Assembly (NCBI GenBank): GCA_034780895.1
Contig: JAUZTB010000086.1
Location: 3,286,525-3,350,524, forward strand
Source of the DNA: Rhynchobatus australiae
Lineage: Eukaryota
Reading direction: 5' to 3'
DNA: 64,000 nucleotides
Both the position numbers and the translations under genes were made by a program. The stretch's first letter is position 1. Each line of letters starts with the position of its first letter. The notes under the pieces were generated by a model. The model had not been told where the DNA came from, made no database searches, and worked only from the letters and a program-made list of their open reading frames with translations. This document shows, piece after piece, positions 12,399-25,809 of this stretch.

Positions 12399-13299
12399 TG
12401 TTACAAGCCAGGTTGCTACTAGGTGAATGTTCATTTAAAGCACCTGGGCAGTAGAGTAGTAGTGGGTGTGTGTGGTGTTATCTGCAAGACAGCAAGACTA
12501 TAATTGGAGCGTCCTGGCTGTTTGGACAGAGAGTTGAAGAGAAAGAGAGAGAGAGAGACTGAATGCTGGTCTCTGTATCTATGGGTGAAGAACAATAGCT
12601 GTGTCTGTCACTACAATCCATGTATTGTTTTTTTGAGCAATCAAGTGGAGCAATTTGTCGTTAACCTGTACTGGAAAGCAGGTATTTCTGTGGATGGCCA
12701 CATATCGAATGCCCTCGGGGTGGCAGATACTTCGGAACAAAGCAATGGAGATCTTCGGTGACTGAGGTGACGTATGGGTTCCATCATGGAATGCGTGGAT
12801 TTCATAAACTTTCTCTACATTTTCTCTCCAGTCAACTGTGGCTTTTCACAAAAACCTTTGCTCACATTCTACCTTATGACTTGCTCAACTGAACTTTGAG
12901 AACTATTCCTAGACTTGGGGTTTGGGAATTTGCCACACACACACTTCAAGTTTAGATTTTTGGGATCAATGTTTAATACCTAACATTTTCACTTTTCTTA
13001 TTATTTCAAGTAATTATTAATAAAATAGTTTAACACTTATACATGGCTCGTTGTGTTTCTATTGTTGCTGGTACGTAACACAAGTACTGAAAAATGTACA
13101 TGTATTACAGGTATGACTTAGCTCCTGACTTTACATGATTAATCACAATAATCTTACAAGATTTTACATATGGCCTAATCCTCAAATGGCCAAGTTTAAT
13201 ATATAATGTTTTTCATATTATTACGAGGAGTTATTAATAAAATAGTTTCTAGCACTTATATATGGCTTGTTGTGTTTCTGCCGTTGCTGGTAGGTAACA
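12399..13299 (+). mobile_element. Solo-LTR-like element (copy 1), composite, with duplicated 3' end; 4-bp TSD TGAG
   Basis: Starts TGTTACAAGCCAG and ends CTGGTAGGTAACA; TGAG at 12395-12398 and 13300-13303. It interrupts a CR1 3' fragment (tttaaggtgag|aagcaggagg). An internal LTR end GTAACA lies at 13080. Confidence 0.8.
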
Positions 13300-13565
13300 T
13301 GAGAAGCAGGAGGTATAGAAGGGATCTGAGGGGGGATTTTTTTTAAACACACACACACACACACACACACACAGAGGGTGAATGGAGTCTGGAATGAGCT
13401 GCCTTGACGAGGTGGTGGTGACAGATACTCTCACATTCAAGAAGCATTGAGACAAGTGATTGAATCGCCAAGGCACAGAAGGCTATGGATGAAATGCGTT
13501 GGGATTAGTATAGATGGATGCAACGGTCAGCATGGACATGGTGGGCCGAATAGCCTGTTTCTGAG
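13300..13565 (+). mobile_element. CR1/HER1 3' end, continuation of 12330-12398 split by the LTR; contains (CA)n at 13347-13372
   Basis: agggatctgaggg...acacagagggtg...tggaatgagctgcc...catggacatggtgggccgaatagcctgtttctg. Confidence 0.8.
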
Positions 13566-13689
13566 CTAGTTATAGACTTTCTTAGTAGAAACACTTTTTT
13601 TCGTTATTCTTCATGCAATACCTATTTATTCTGTCAAATCTTACATGGTTTCGTATATCTCTGTTATACCTTCTTCCTCAAACTTGCCT

Positions 13690-14150
13690 CTCCCTTTCGT
13701 CCTCTATCAGTTGGACGACGGTGCATTCGTCCCTCTTACCTGCAACCTAACCTAATGATCCCCGGGGAGGGGCGGAACCTTTTATTTAACCGACAGGAAC
13801 TTTAACCAATGGCGCTGGCGTTTCTGTCGGAGGCGGCCCAATCAGAAACGGAGGAGGTGGAGACTGAAGACAGGCTGGACTTCCGTTCTCTGCCTTCCCG
13901 CCCACTTCGCCCAAAGAGGAGGCGGGTTTGGTTGAGAGCGCAGTAAAGGTAAAGGTTGGAGACGGTGAGGAGGGTTAAAACAGAATCAATAATTTAAAAA
14001 TAAATTCTTTGGTAAACTGATTTCTAGTGACAAAATATTGGAATTCCTGAGGTAAGGTGATCTTTAAAACCTTTATTTTTATGATTAAAAGCGATTTAAA
14101 TAGTCGGTGCCAGGTGAACGTCGACGTTCCCCTGAGGGACGACAAGGTGG
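13690..14150 (+). promoter_or_regulatory. CpG-rich TATA-less promoter, probably of CGN
   Basis: The most extended CpG-dense non-repeat stretch in the window. GC boxes GGGGCGG 13769-13775 and CCCGCCC 13897-13903; CCAAT boxes 13806-13810 and 13838-13842; ETS/GABP-type ACTTCCG 13879-13885. Followed by + strand splice donors and T-rich intron-like sequence. Confidence 0.75.
13870..14051 (+). other. CGN: Putative non-coding exon 1 of CGN (start site unknown; candidate donors after 13948, 13964 or 14051)
   Basis: Donor-like AAG|GTAAAG, ACG|GTGAGG and GAG|GTAAGG directly downstream of the promoter. The first coding exon has an acceptor and an in-frame upstream stop, so an upstream non-coding exon is required. 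Confidence 0.5.
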
Positions 14151-16014
14151 AAAAAAATAAAATGCAACATGAAGTAAATTGAACTTTGGTGCATGTTTAG
14201 CTCGGAAACAAATAAAGATTTTGTTTCTTTTGAGAGGCATCTCTATTTATCAACGCTCTTGAATTGAAAGTGCATAGCGTGGTGTAAAAAATCATTAAAG
14301 AAAGTTTTCTTAAATGGTTCATATCCCTGAGTTTGTTATTCTTTAAATCCTGTTTCTGTGCTTTGATGTAGAATATTTCTCTCTCTGTAATGCGTAGTTT
14401 TGTCAGTGAGGTGTAATTTGAAACGTCGTCAGGTGCAACTTCATAAGAATGCTAGAATTTTTTTTTGCTCTGCTTTACTCTTTTAAAATTTGATTTTCAA
14501 CATTTTTCATGCCTGGCACTTGATATTTTTATTCCTTGATTGTTTATTAACCCCTTATTCATTTTTAATTTTTTAAACTTTTGTTGCTTCAGGTATATAA
14601 CTCCGAACTCCAATTCACTTTTGACTGTATTTCATCTTTGAATTTATTTTTATTTTGTCTGTTGCTTAAATTCATTTTTGCAACTTTTGCGGATGTTGTC
14701 CATTAAATTTGGAAAAATTGGATATAGAAACTGAACAAATCAGGATTCTGAGGTTTTTTTAAACAGGATCCATCAAACATTTTGTTAAATTGGCATTGAT
14801 TGAAGTTTGTGCCTGCCTCCCTTGAGCTTCTTCACAACTTCAAGGGATCTTGACACTTTACAGCCAATTAAGTAGTTTTGAATTGTATTCATGTTGTAGA
14901 GTTAAGAAAAGTTGCAATCAAGTGCACGTCATGCTGTCATAAACTGCAATGTGATTACAACCATATTCATATTTAGCAACAGTTAGGGGATTAATATGGG
15001 TCCTGAATATCATGAAGAGCTTTCTGAAATAGTGCTACAAAAGCTTTGCCCCCACTGAGTGAATGGCATCCAGTTTAATGTCTCGGATGATTCAGACATC
15101 TCACCCTGAATTAGATCTGCTAGTCCCTGGATTGGGGCCAACAATTTGGCTGATGTGACGGTGAACCAAAACTGACACAATGACTCTCATTCAGAAAGAT
15201 AATGCTTGCTTTCACTTTGTACCATTTTTGTGTTTCGTTTACAGGTGTGTAAAATAGGTCACACACCTCTGTGCCATCTCTGTTGTGGTTTTCTACACAG
15301 CATTTCTTGTGTTGTATTGAATTAGTAAAGAGTACTTTTCAGTTTTCCACTCTTGAAGCTTTTTGTTATATATTGTAGGCACACTAAAGTCCAACAAGTG
15401 GCAGAATCTTTTGACTGCATTATTGCATTGTGGAATGCTTTTCTTGGTGCCATCTTCTACTTCTGCCCTTCTTCAGGGCAGTGATACCTTAATCCTTTTT
15501 CTAAGGCATCTTGAACTGTCCTGTAGCTTGAAAGGCTGTATAAAACTTCAACATTGTTAGATTCTCCAAATAGCTAGTTGAATTAGAAATTTAGGCTGAT
15601 GCAGGGTTACGAGCTGAAACATCAACCAGCCCTTTGCCTCCTCAGGTGCTGCTCAATCTGCTGAATTCCTCCGGCAGTTTGTTTATTTTTGGTAAAGCCA
15701 GAAGAAGTAATTTCTTTGAAAGAGAAGGGAAGAAAACTGGAAAAGCTCATAGTTACTTGGATCAGCAGTTATCGTTGGTGTGAATGTTCTTGTTCAAAGT
15801 TGAGTTTATTGTCATATGCACAAGTACATGTATGCATAAGTGCAATGAAAAACTCACTTGCAGTAGCATCATACAAGAAGCATTCACAAGAAAAACAAAC
15901 ACAAATTATTATACACACTTTTTACAGGAGAACACAATTGGAACAAAAAAAACAAGTCCATTTTAGTTCAAGGTACTTNNNNNAGGTACTTTTAGGTGTG
16001 TACTTTTAATTTTT

Positions 16015-16730
16015 TTTAGGATTTGGGCATCAATGGAAAGATATTATTGCCTGTTCCTAATTTTCCTTTGAGAATTTGGTAGTGAGCCACCTTGAAACAC
16101 TGCAATCATTCTGTTGAAGGTATTCCCACAGTGCTGTGGGTAGAGAGTTCCTGTACTTGGACCTAGCAACAAAGAAAGAATGGCAATACATTTCCAAGCC
16201 AGGATGGTTTAAGAGAGGAAACCTGCTGATGATAACTTTCTGATACATCTGAACTTGTCCTCAGTGGTAGCTGTTGAGGGTAGAAGCTACAGTCAGAATA
16301 ACAGAAGTTGGTAACGTATTGTAGTTGGTGCATGTGCTGTGTGTTGGTGGCAGGAATTAATATTTAAAGTGGTGGATGGGGTGCCAAGTGAATAGGATGC
16401 TTTGTCTTGCTTTTTCAATATTTTTGGAGCTGCACTCATCCAGGCAAGGAGAGAGCAAATATTCTGCCTCACTCCTGACGAACTTTGTAGATGGTTGAAA
16501 AGCTTTAGGAGGTATGTCACATTCAGGCACTCAGCATCTGACCTTCTCTTGTAGCCACAGTATTGATGTGGCTGGATCTAGCACTCAATGTTGACAGTGG
16601 TAATGCCATTGAATGTTGAAGATTGGTGGTTAGACTGTCTTTTGAGAGATGGTCATTGTTTGACACTATTGTGGGTAAAATGTTATTTGATACTTTGCCT
16701 GAATATTGTCATAATCTTGCTGCATAAATT
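16015..16730 (-). mobile_element. Old CR1-type LINE 3' fragment (second family)
   Basis: Minus-strand SFFVARSKYRNSLP and LLAWMSAAP motifs; related pieces near 4945-5070, 6970-7190, 19690-19900, 24030-24520 and 60670-60990. Confidence 0.6.
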
Positions 16731-19700
16731 GTGTGGTTGTTTGAATCAGATTAGGGACTTTTAATTACTCCATCATTGTTGTTTGGGACACATAATTTTA
16801 CCACCAGCTCCTCTGTGAAAAGTACAATGTGATTTTGATCTTTATTTTGTTCTTATATTTAAAAGGCTTGAATTTATTTAGCATATTGTGTGTTTAAACA
16901 TTAATGAACCTGAAACTAGGTTATGCAAGATCTTTCATAAATCCTGTAAGTTTTGCGGAAATTTCTTTCAAGTCTAAAGACTAACTTAGTTATTGTGTAT
17001 CATAGAATCTTTAAGCACAGATGGAGGGCATTCGGCCCATAACTACTGCACTAAATCTTTTGATAGCAAGCTACTTGGTCCCATTCTCCTGCTCTTCCCC
17101 AATTGCCTAATGATTTTTCTTTGAGTGCCCATCCAATTCCTATTTTGAAAGTACAGATTGATGCTTTTTACCACCCTTGCAGGAAGTAAGATACAGATCT
17201 TGATCCTTCAGCCCATCCCTCACATCAAACTACCTTGCCCAGCAGTTTAAATTTGTGTCCCTGGTTCTTGAACTGTTCATTCGAGGTATCCTACGTAAAT
17301 CCACTGTGGGCTCTTCTTCCTAAGCTACTTTTATCTCTAACTTTCCTTCTTCTTGGCAAGTGATAACAGTTACACAACTCGGAGAGGAGAAAAGTGGAAG
17401 AATGTACAGATAGTGTCAGGTAATTAAGGTGTCAGCTGATGTAGACTAGCTGAGCCGTTTCTGTGAACTGTATCCATCTTTTGAGTGCAGGAAATCCATG
17501 AAAATTGATTTGCAGTTCAGTCATAGTATAATTCCTTAGATGCTTGGTTTACTTTGAAAATGAGCTTGTATTAACTAGTCAAGCTTCTTTCTGAGGTTAT
17601 GATCAGCAGAACACCACATATTGAAAAACATCTTTAGACTTTATTTTAAACAATTTGCATATGTATAAAATGTAGCCTTTCCCTGAACCTTGAACTGAAA
17701 TGTTGATTAGGGTATTCAACCATATTCAAGTCTGGTGCACTTCACCTGCACGCTTTCCAGCAGAAAGGGTATAGCGGTAGACCATTTGCATCTTTGTGCT
17801 TTTTCCACCATTGAATAATATAATGGCTGACCTGCAAATCATTTTATCCACAGAAACTAGCCACGTAACCACTTAATGTGTGTCTAACACCTAGTAATCT
17901 TGGTTTTGGGATTGTCAATTGACCATCATGACCACCCTGCAACCCATCAGCTCCTCCACCTCTGGCTCGTCAACTTTTGAAGGTAGAAAAGGAAGCTTGT
18001 ACCTTTTTGGTACTGGAAGAGCTTAAGGACTGCAAAACTTGTCCTTTTGGGGTAGAAATGTGTAAAACAGTTTTTATACTTTTATATGAATAAGTATTTT
18101 CAATATTTTACTTTTTATTTTAACTAATACTGGTGGTTCCATTTTCAAAGCACAGGCTACATGCTGGCGACGAATGCCTGACTTATGGACACCTATGTAG
18201 GAATGAGCTCCCATAATATTAAATTCAAAAGTCAGATGCACATACACGTGTTCATTCTGTTGAACAGCAGAACTAGTTTCCTCTCTCTCTCTTTCCTCTC
18301 TAGTAGTTGTTCTTTCTATCAGTCTACATGCTTTTGATGCAATTCATTATAATACTGTGGAGGTATGGTTACCACATTGAGTGATTTTTGTTTATTTTCT
18401 AACTTGCAGACAAAATCGATTTGAGTATTTGTAAAAGTGGAACCAATTCTTTACCTGATGACAACCTACAATTTTTTTTCATGCATCATAAGTTTGATCA
18501 GAGTTTAACTACTTCAATTGTTTTTGATGTATTGGATTTCAGTAACTGCATCAAAGATTGTTTGCATTTGAAATGTGGTCTTGAATGTGCACTTTCAAAA
18601 TCTGAAAATTTTAAAGTGCTAGTTTAGAATCATATCCAATTATTTTCTCCTATTGTGTACCAGTATTGTGAATTAACACCCTGAAGAATACACTGGGGAT
18701 TAACGGTGTAACAAAATTAATATGAACAATCTAAATATGACATGTATTGGGTGACCACAGTGCCTATTGGATGAAAGCATTCTAACTTGCCTGCTTAGAC
18801 CAGGTCTCAAGTTGCAGTACCTCTGTGCTGAATTAACTCTCAGCTAATATGGACTGAAGGATGCAGCAGTTGGCTCCAATGTTCCTAATTATTACAATTT
18901 CCAGTCTGTTCATTGGGTAATGACAAACCAAACTGGAATGTTGAAGTTGTCTTCATGGTTGAGTTGCTTGCCAGCATTCCTCATTGAAGATCACTTGAAG
19001 ATTGACTACTTAGGCCTGCTAACAAAGGGTGCAAATTGGCTTGTATCCTAGCAGCCCCTTAGAAGAGGGGAAAAAAAACTTGGCTCAAATAATCAAATAT
19101 TAAAAAATGTGGAGGCTGTTCTATATTTTCAGTCGATCCCAGGATTCTTTAGTATTTGTACATCAAAAGGAACGAGCATTTTAGTTGACATGCATGCAAT
19201 ACTAAAATATAATGTATATTAGGTGTAGAATTTGTTACATATCCCCACCTTCTCCTTAAACATTGATAAGATCAAACCACAGAATTACTGACATATTCAG
19301 GTACCTCACTAAAATTAATATCAAAATATTGGTAGTGAATGTGGGAACAGTTCAGAGAAACTTGTTTATCAGTAGATTTAGTTCCTGTCATGTTTTCTTT
19401 GTATTACACTCTTTTCCTTAATGAGCTAGTTTATGCTGGGGTAAAGTCCTCCACATCCATACCCAAGTTACCATGCCTTTTGAGTTGGATAGAGAGTGAC
19501 AGGAAGCTATATAAACACGTGTATCATTTAGCCAAACCCAGCGTAATTAATATACATGCACTTTTGAATGTCAGTCATTGGGTATTGACAATTACCTAAT
19601 TCATTTCTTGGAATATCTGGTGTCGCTGTCAAATCTGGCATTTATTGACATTGATGTGGTGGAGGTGAACCATCTTGAAACATTGAAGTTTTTCTGTGAA

Positions 19701-21299
19701 GACATTTGTACTCTGTTAGATTTAAATCCTGTATTTTCTAACCTAGTAATGAAGGAATGGCTACATTTTTCCAAGTCAGAATGGTGGGTGACTTGAAGGG
19801 AAACTTGCAAGTGAGGGGGTGGGAGGGGAATTGGTTCCTATGTGCGTGCTGAGCTTCTGCTGCTTGGTGGTAGATGTCATGAGTCTGGGTGATGCAATTA
19901 GATTGTAGAGCTGGATCTTGGCACTGCACCAGATTCAATCGTTTCTCTCCCACCCAAAATAATACACAGGCTATTTGTACTTTGGCCTTCTGCATCTGTG
20001 GCTGAGAGCAGCAAACTCATCAGAGATTGTGAATGAAATCTTCATCTCTTAAAACTTCACAACTACAGGAAGCCATTTGATCCATCATGTCTGTGCTGAC
20101 TAATAGCCTCGGGAACTTGAGTATGGTGCACCTGCAAGATCACTAATCCAATGAATCACGGAGATCTTAGAAATAAAATACCTTTTCTTAGTGGGAATAT
20201 ACCTGTAGCAGGTAGTCCCATGTTTAGAATTCACAAGTCCTTCCTCTAAGACCACTAGATGAAAGCTATCCTAATTTCAGTAAAATAAACTACTCTTTTT
20301 TTTTCAGTTAGTTAAACAGTTCATAATTTCTACTCTGGAATAATCTTTACTGTGAAGTGGAAATGCACAAATGATGTTTGGAAAGTTTAAGAAAATTGAT
20401 TGTACAAGATTAATTTGGTGTCTAAGCATGGTGAAGTAAGGTTTTAATCTGATCTGCTTGCATTCTCACTGAGTTAGGAATTTGTACTTTGTTTTTGCCA
20501 AAGAACGTCTGGCCTCGTTTCTGTATATGTAGGTGTGGAAATGATTAATCTTTTAAAGTCTAGGAGTGGCAGTTTCGATCATTACCATTTGACTAGGGGA
20601 GAAAAGTGCTGTTGCTCAATAGTTTTATCCTTGTTTTATTTATACTGTAACAAGGTTGAATCATCTGTGCATCCATAATTTTGTAGAGGTAGTTACTCAA
20701 AGTTATGATGAGTAAAGATAGGGGGGAAAGTAAAAAAAAAACTGTTGTTAAAATGACATGCAATAGTTTGGCAACATGCCAGACATTTTGCCTCTTGCAT
20801 GATACATTTGTTTCATGGCAGTTTCAGTTCATAGTAAATGTTAGGAAGCAGCTTGCATTATTAGCTGCTAGAGACAAATTAATATTTCATGGAGAGACCC
20901 TTTTATTAGATTGCATAATTAATATCTTGGAGTGACAGGGTTCATTTTTTTCTTGTTATAATAAATTTGTACATTAGGAACAATTATCATGCCCATGAAC
21001 AAAAGTGTGCTTATTTTTGATGTTGCTAACTTTTAGAGCTGGTGCTGTCAAAAATGTAAATGTACTACCATCTAACATCTGTGACCAAGACAAGTTCACT
21101 AAGTAGAGCCTGTGAAGACATCCATAGATTCACAAAGTCTTGTAGCACAAAAGGCCATTTGGCCCATCACATTGTGCCAGGCAAGTCATCTTGGAATTGC
21201 ATGCATCTGCTGTGGCTCAATTTGGAAGTACTATCACATCCTGTGCCAAAAGGTTCCAGGTTCAAGTCTCATCTGACACTCTAAGGAGAACAACTGTAG

Positions 21300-21840
21300 T
21301 TTCTCCAGTCTCCATGGGATCTTCCATGGGATCCAGGGAAGCTTGGCTGTGTGGATTAGGAATTAGCTTGACGATAGAAAGCAGAGGGTTGTGGTGGAGG
21401 GAGTGCCCTCAGATTGGAGGGCTGTGACTAGTGGTGTCCCGCAGGGATCGGTTCTGGGACCTCTACTTTTTGTTATATTTATAGATGNNNNNNNNNNNNN
21501 NNNNNNNNNNNNNNNNNNNNNNNNNNNNNNNNNNNNNNNNNNNNNNNNNNNNNNNNNNNNNNNNNNNNNNNNNNNNNNNNNNNNNNNCTTTAAGGTAATG
21601 GGTGGGAAGTTCAAGGGAGATGTCAGAGGGAGGTTTTTCACCCAGAGAGTGGTTGGCGCATGGAATGCGCTGCCTGGGGTGGTGGTGGAGGCGGATACAT
21701 TGGACAGGTTCAAGAGGTTGTTGGATAGGAATGTGGGATAGAGGGATATGTGGGAGGAAAGGGTTAGATAGTGTGAGGTGTGGTTTGATGGATGGCACAA
21801 CACGGTGGGCCGAAGGACATGTATTGTTCTATGGTTCTAA
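21300..21840 (+). mobile_element. Young CR1/HER1 LINE fragment with internal gap
   Basis: [32 protein letters not shown] and FKVMGGKFKGDVRGRFFTQRVVGAWNALP. Confidence 0.92.
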
Positions 21841-24800
21841 TCTTGGAGCTGAAATTCTTCATCCATGGAACCATTTGAGTAAATTGTCCTTATAGGCCCT
21901 CTTCAAAAAATTTTATAGCCTTTGGTTAGTTTTGGTCACTGTAGTTGAGTGTTGTAAAGATTAAATGTAACATCCCCGTTTCTATACTTGATGGCTCCAT
22001 TTATGAAGTCCAGGATCCCACATGCTTTACTAACCATAACTTCAACATATTCATCCACATTCAAAATTTTTTGCGTATATATCCTTGGATAACTTTTGAT
22101 CATGCAGTTTAGAACTGTGTACCTGTGTAGGAGATTATTTAGTGACAAAAAGAAGTTTGAGCTTTTTGGTTTGTACTAAGCTGAGGTACAGGCAAAAGTT
22201 CCCATGCTATTTGAATACCAAAATGGAATCCTTTGGTCACACAGGACCCCAGTTTAACGCCTTGTGTAAAAGCTGATGCATCAGTTCATAAGTATGGCAC
22301 TGGGAATTTTGGCCAAGATTATGAACTCCAATTTCTGGATATGGTTTGAATCCCTGGCCCTTTGAATTCGAGGTGTGACTGCTATCATTGATCCCGGGCT
22401 GACACAGTCCACTTATTGGAGGATGATTTAGAGAGTGGAGAGCCAGCATTTTCCCCCTGCATACCATAGGATAATTTTCAGAATTTACAAAATATAAGGC
22501 GTGGATTATATCTGGAGCCAACCAACCAGCTGTTCATTCAAATTTGCATCATTATACTGAGCCAGTCCAGCACATCTGGCACAACAACAGGGTATTTTGT
22601 TTGGGGAAATGAAGGCAAAACTTGAAGGAAATGGGTCAATTGCCTGGTTTTGAGAAATTGCAACTGTTGTCAATGGAATACCTATGTATTAGTAAGGGAT
22701 TATACCCAGGTAACTGAAGCTACTTTTACTGTTGATTCCTGATGTACAGTTCTCGGAAACTTACCATCGGCAACCAGTAATGCAAATTTGCCAAGGACTA
22801 AAGCTTAATTCTTAAACCAGCCCTTCTTAGCTGCCAGTATTAGTAAATTTGTCACGTTATTCTACAGCCCTGCTGTCATCTATCAAAGTTGTGAACATCA
22901 GGAGCTGGCAGCAAAGGCAACATAAAAAGCAGTTTGTGTTGGTAGAACAGCATGACTGGAGATGTATTCTGAGTTTTGGTTGGAAAAAATGTCCTAATTG
23001 TTCCCCACTTGTCATAAACAGATGTTGCTTAGATGCAGCTGGCGCCTATTCTTCCAGCAGAGTTGTCTAATCCATAATTGAACTATTTATGCAATTATAA
23101 TTGTGCAATGTTGAGTGAAACAGCGGAATGCTGAGCCTCCTTAAAAGAGAAAGAAGAACTTGACTAATAGGTGATGCTGTTCAGAATTCACAAGTAGCAT
23201 AATTTGCATTGTTTGAAGCAAAATATTGGAAATGTGTGGAAATATGACATTGAATTGCAAATATTGTGTANNNNNNNNNNNNNNNNNNNNNNNNNNNNNN
23301 NNNNNNNNNNNNNNNNNNNNNNNNNNNNNNNNNNNNNNNNNNNNNNNNNNNNNNNNNNNNNNNNNNNNNNNNNNNNNNNNNNNNNCTGATAGTGAAATTC
23401 TAAATTGAAATATTACTGCTCCTGACTCAAATTACAACTCACTTTTTTGTGTGAGTATAGGCTGACAATTACAAGGTTCAAAAGATATTTGGATAGGTAT
23501 CTGGATCAGAAAGATTTTGAGGGATATGAGCCAAACGCAAGCAAATGAGACTAGCTCAAGAAAGTACTTTGGTCAGCATGGACGTAGGGCCTTTTTTTTT
23601 GCTGTGTAACACTGAATTTTTTTCATAGATTACTATTAACAGTAACCTATTAAAATAATAGTTATGACTATGATTCTATGTACCTAATGTTAGTGCAGCT
23701 ATACATTGTTTTCAAAGACAAACTCTTTGACATTTAAGGTGACCCATAACCAGAAGCTACAAATTGCAACAGTGACAGTTGCTCTGATTCTCTATTGAAA
23801 TGTAAGCAGAGAAGATTCAGAACACTCAATCCCAGTGTTACATGCATATCGCATTTTGTGTGATCCATGATCTAACTAAAATCCAAATTGAATACTGTAG
23901 GAAACTGAAGTAAAAACAAACTGCGAGAAGTATTCAGTTTTTTTTGTTTTGCTGTAGAAATATGTTAAAACTGAAAAGAGGCTTTAAGTTCCAAAAAAAT
24001 GTTTTATTCACTTTTTATTTTGATCTGGCAAGGATAAAATTTATTGCACATACCTAATGATTCTTGAGGATGAATCTTGAATGCAGTCCTTATGGCAGAG
24101 ATGTTCGCACAGTACTCTTGGGTAGGATGTTCCAATATTTAGACTTGATGATGCCGGAGGAACAGAAATGTAATTTGTTGCTATGGTTGATGCATGTTTG
24201 TGATACAAGACAAGTTTTTTGCAGTACAGGTGACAATAATAATAAACCAATAAGTCCATAGTGTTTTATTAAAGCAGGAAAAATGTAGCAGTTGTGATGC
24301 AACTAAGGGGTTTGATAGGCTATTTCAGAGGATTTAAGAATTGATGACATAGTTTCAGGTCTGGAATTGTGTAAAATCTGGTTTGTATGACAATCCAGTA
24401 GGATTACGGTCTTCATCGTTAAGATTTTTTTTAAACAAAATTCTACAGCTACTGTGAGAATTAAATTTGTGTCTCTGCATCCTTTACCTAGGCTTCTGGA
24501 GTACTAGCATGGTAATTAAACTGCAACACAACTATGATCATGTCCAATGATTTACCTGCATATGTTAAGTGCTGTTCGTGATAGATGTATGGTTCTTGTC
24601 ATGACATCACTTTAATGTAAATCAGGGGAAATCTAAAGACTTGATTCATTGGACAGCTGCATTTCATGGAGTTCTCTGGCTGCCTTTTGTGTCTTCAATT
24701 AAAACAAAATGAGTGCAGCTGGGTTCCTTCCCTTTTATGGATTGATCACGGGTCCCTGGGTTCTAATTTGAAGCAGCAGCAGGCAGGAAAGATAAGTGGG

Positions 24801-25809
24801 TGGAGAATAGTGCACAGAGATGTCTGGTCTGTGTTTGAGTGCTGCCCCTCTGGGACGGCCAACCTTAAAATGTACAAGTGTTTTCAAATGGCCTCTGAGC
24901 TGTGACAGTTCATTGAAGCCAGCGAGTTTCCCAAGGATAGAAGTGCTGTGGAAACAGCCCTACAGCACAGCTATAAGGAAAATAGTTGCATGGTTATAAG
25001 AAGGTTCAGAGATTTGGATGCGTGGGCCAGCAAATTGACAGAAAGACCCCTGTCACCACCTTGAATGAGACTTTCAGACGTCAGACCAGTAATATTCACT
25101 ACCTACTTAGACAGTGTTTGTTTTGCTGCTGCTGCTGATGGAACACAATATCCAGAGGAACCAGGAAAGAAAATGATTTGGGAAGGATATGTGGATTGTG
25201 TGGCCTTAGGGAGCAGTATGCCACTGTCATCAAGTTAATGATTGCTTTAATGACCACAGAAGGCGCATGGAGGTAGTCTTCCTATCATTGCTGCTCTTAA
25301 AAGTAGAAAGCAAGAGAATGATCTCCAAGTGGCATGAATTGCAAGTTAATTCTGAATTTCTGACACAGTAATTCTTATGTTGTTTGAAAAATTGCAAGTT
25401 TCTGTGGGTTGAAAATGTAGTTTACCGTTGCATTCCAAGCCCATGATTAACTTCAGTGGAATTAAGTAGTTTGATCATGCAGTCTGCTGAAGGAAAGTAC
25501 AGAATATGAAACACCCAAATTGTTTGTTTAAATTATTAAGTATGTTCACTTCCAGAACAATCAAATTCTTCAGTTCTTGCATAAATTTGTCGTGTAAGAA
25601 ACACTTCCAGTTTACTTGTGCAGATATCTAGTGTTGTTTCCAAACTTATTTTTGTTTTTAAAAATAAATGAAGTAGTCCATTTATTTAGATGAAGCAGCA
25701 TAATGGGATTCTGTGCTTAAATTGCATTTAAGATCCTATGTAGAGTAAATGTAGATTTGCAGACAGTGCATAATTCTTGTTTTCCTGCAAGATGCAGCAA
25801 AATCCTATA

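Noticed and set aside
14560-14600. Polypyrimidine tract with AG|GTATAT as a possible recursive splice site (similar at 15244 and 36908)
   Set aside because: The reconstituted donors are weak (not GTRAG) and T-rich introns yield such matches by chance.
20750-20795. Cluster of CATG half-sites resembling a p53/p63 element
   Set aside because: Too many mismatches to the RRRCWWGYYY dimer consensus.
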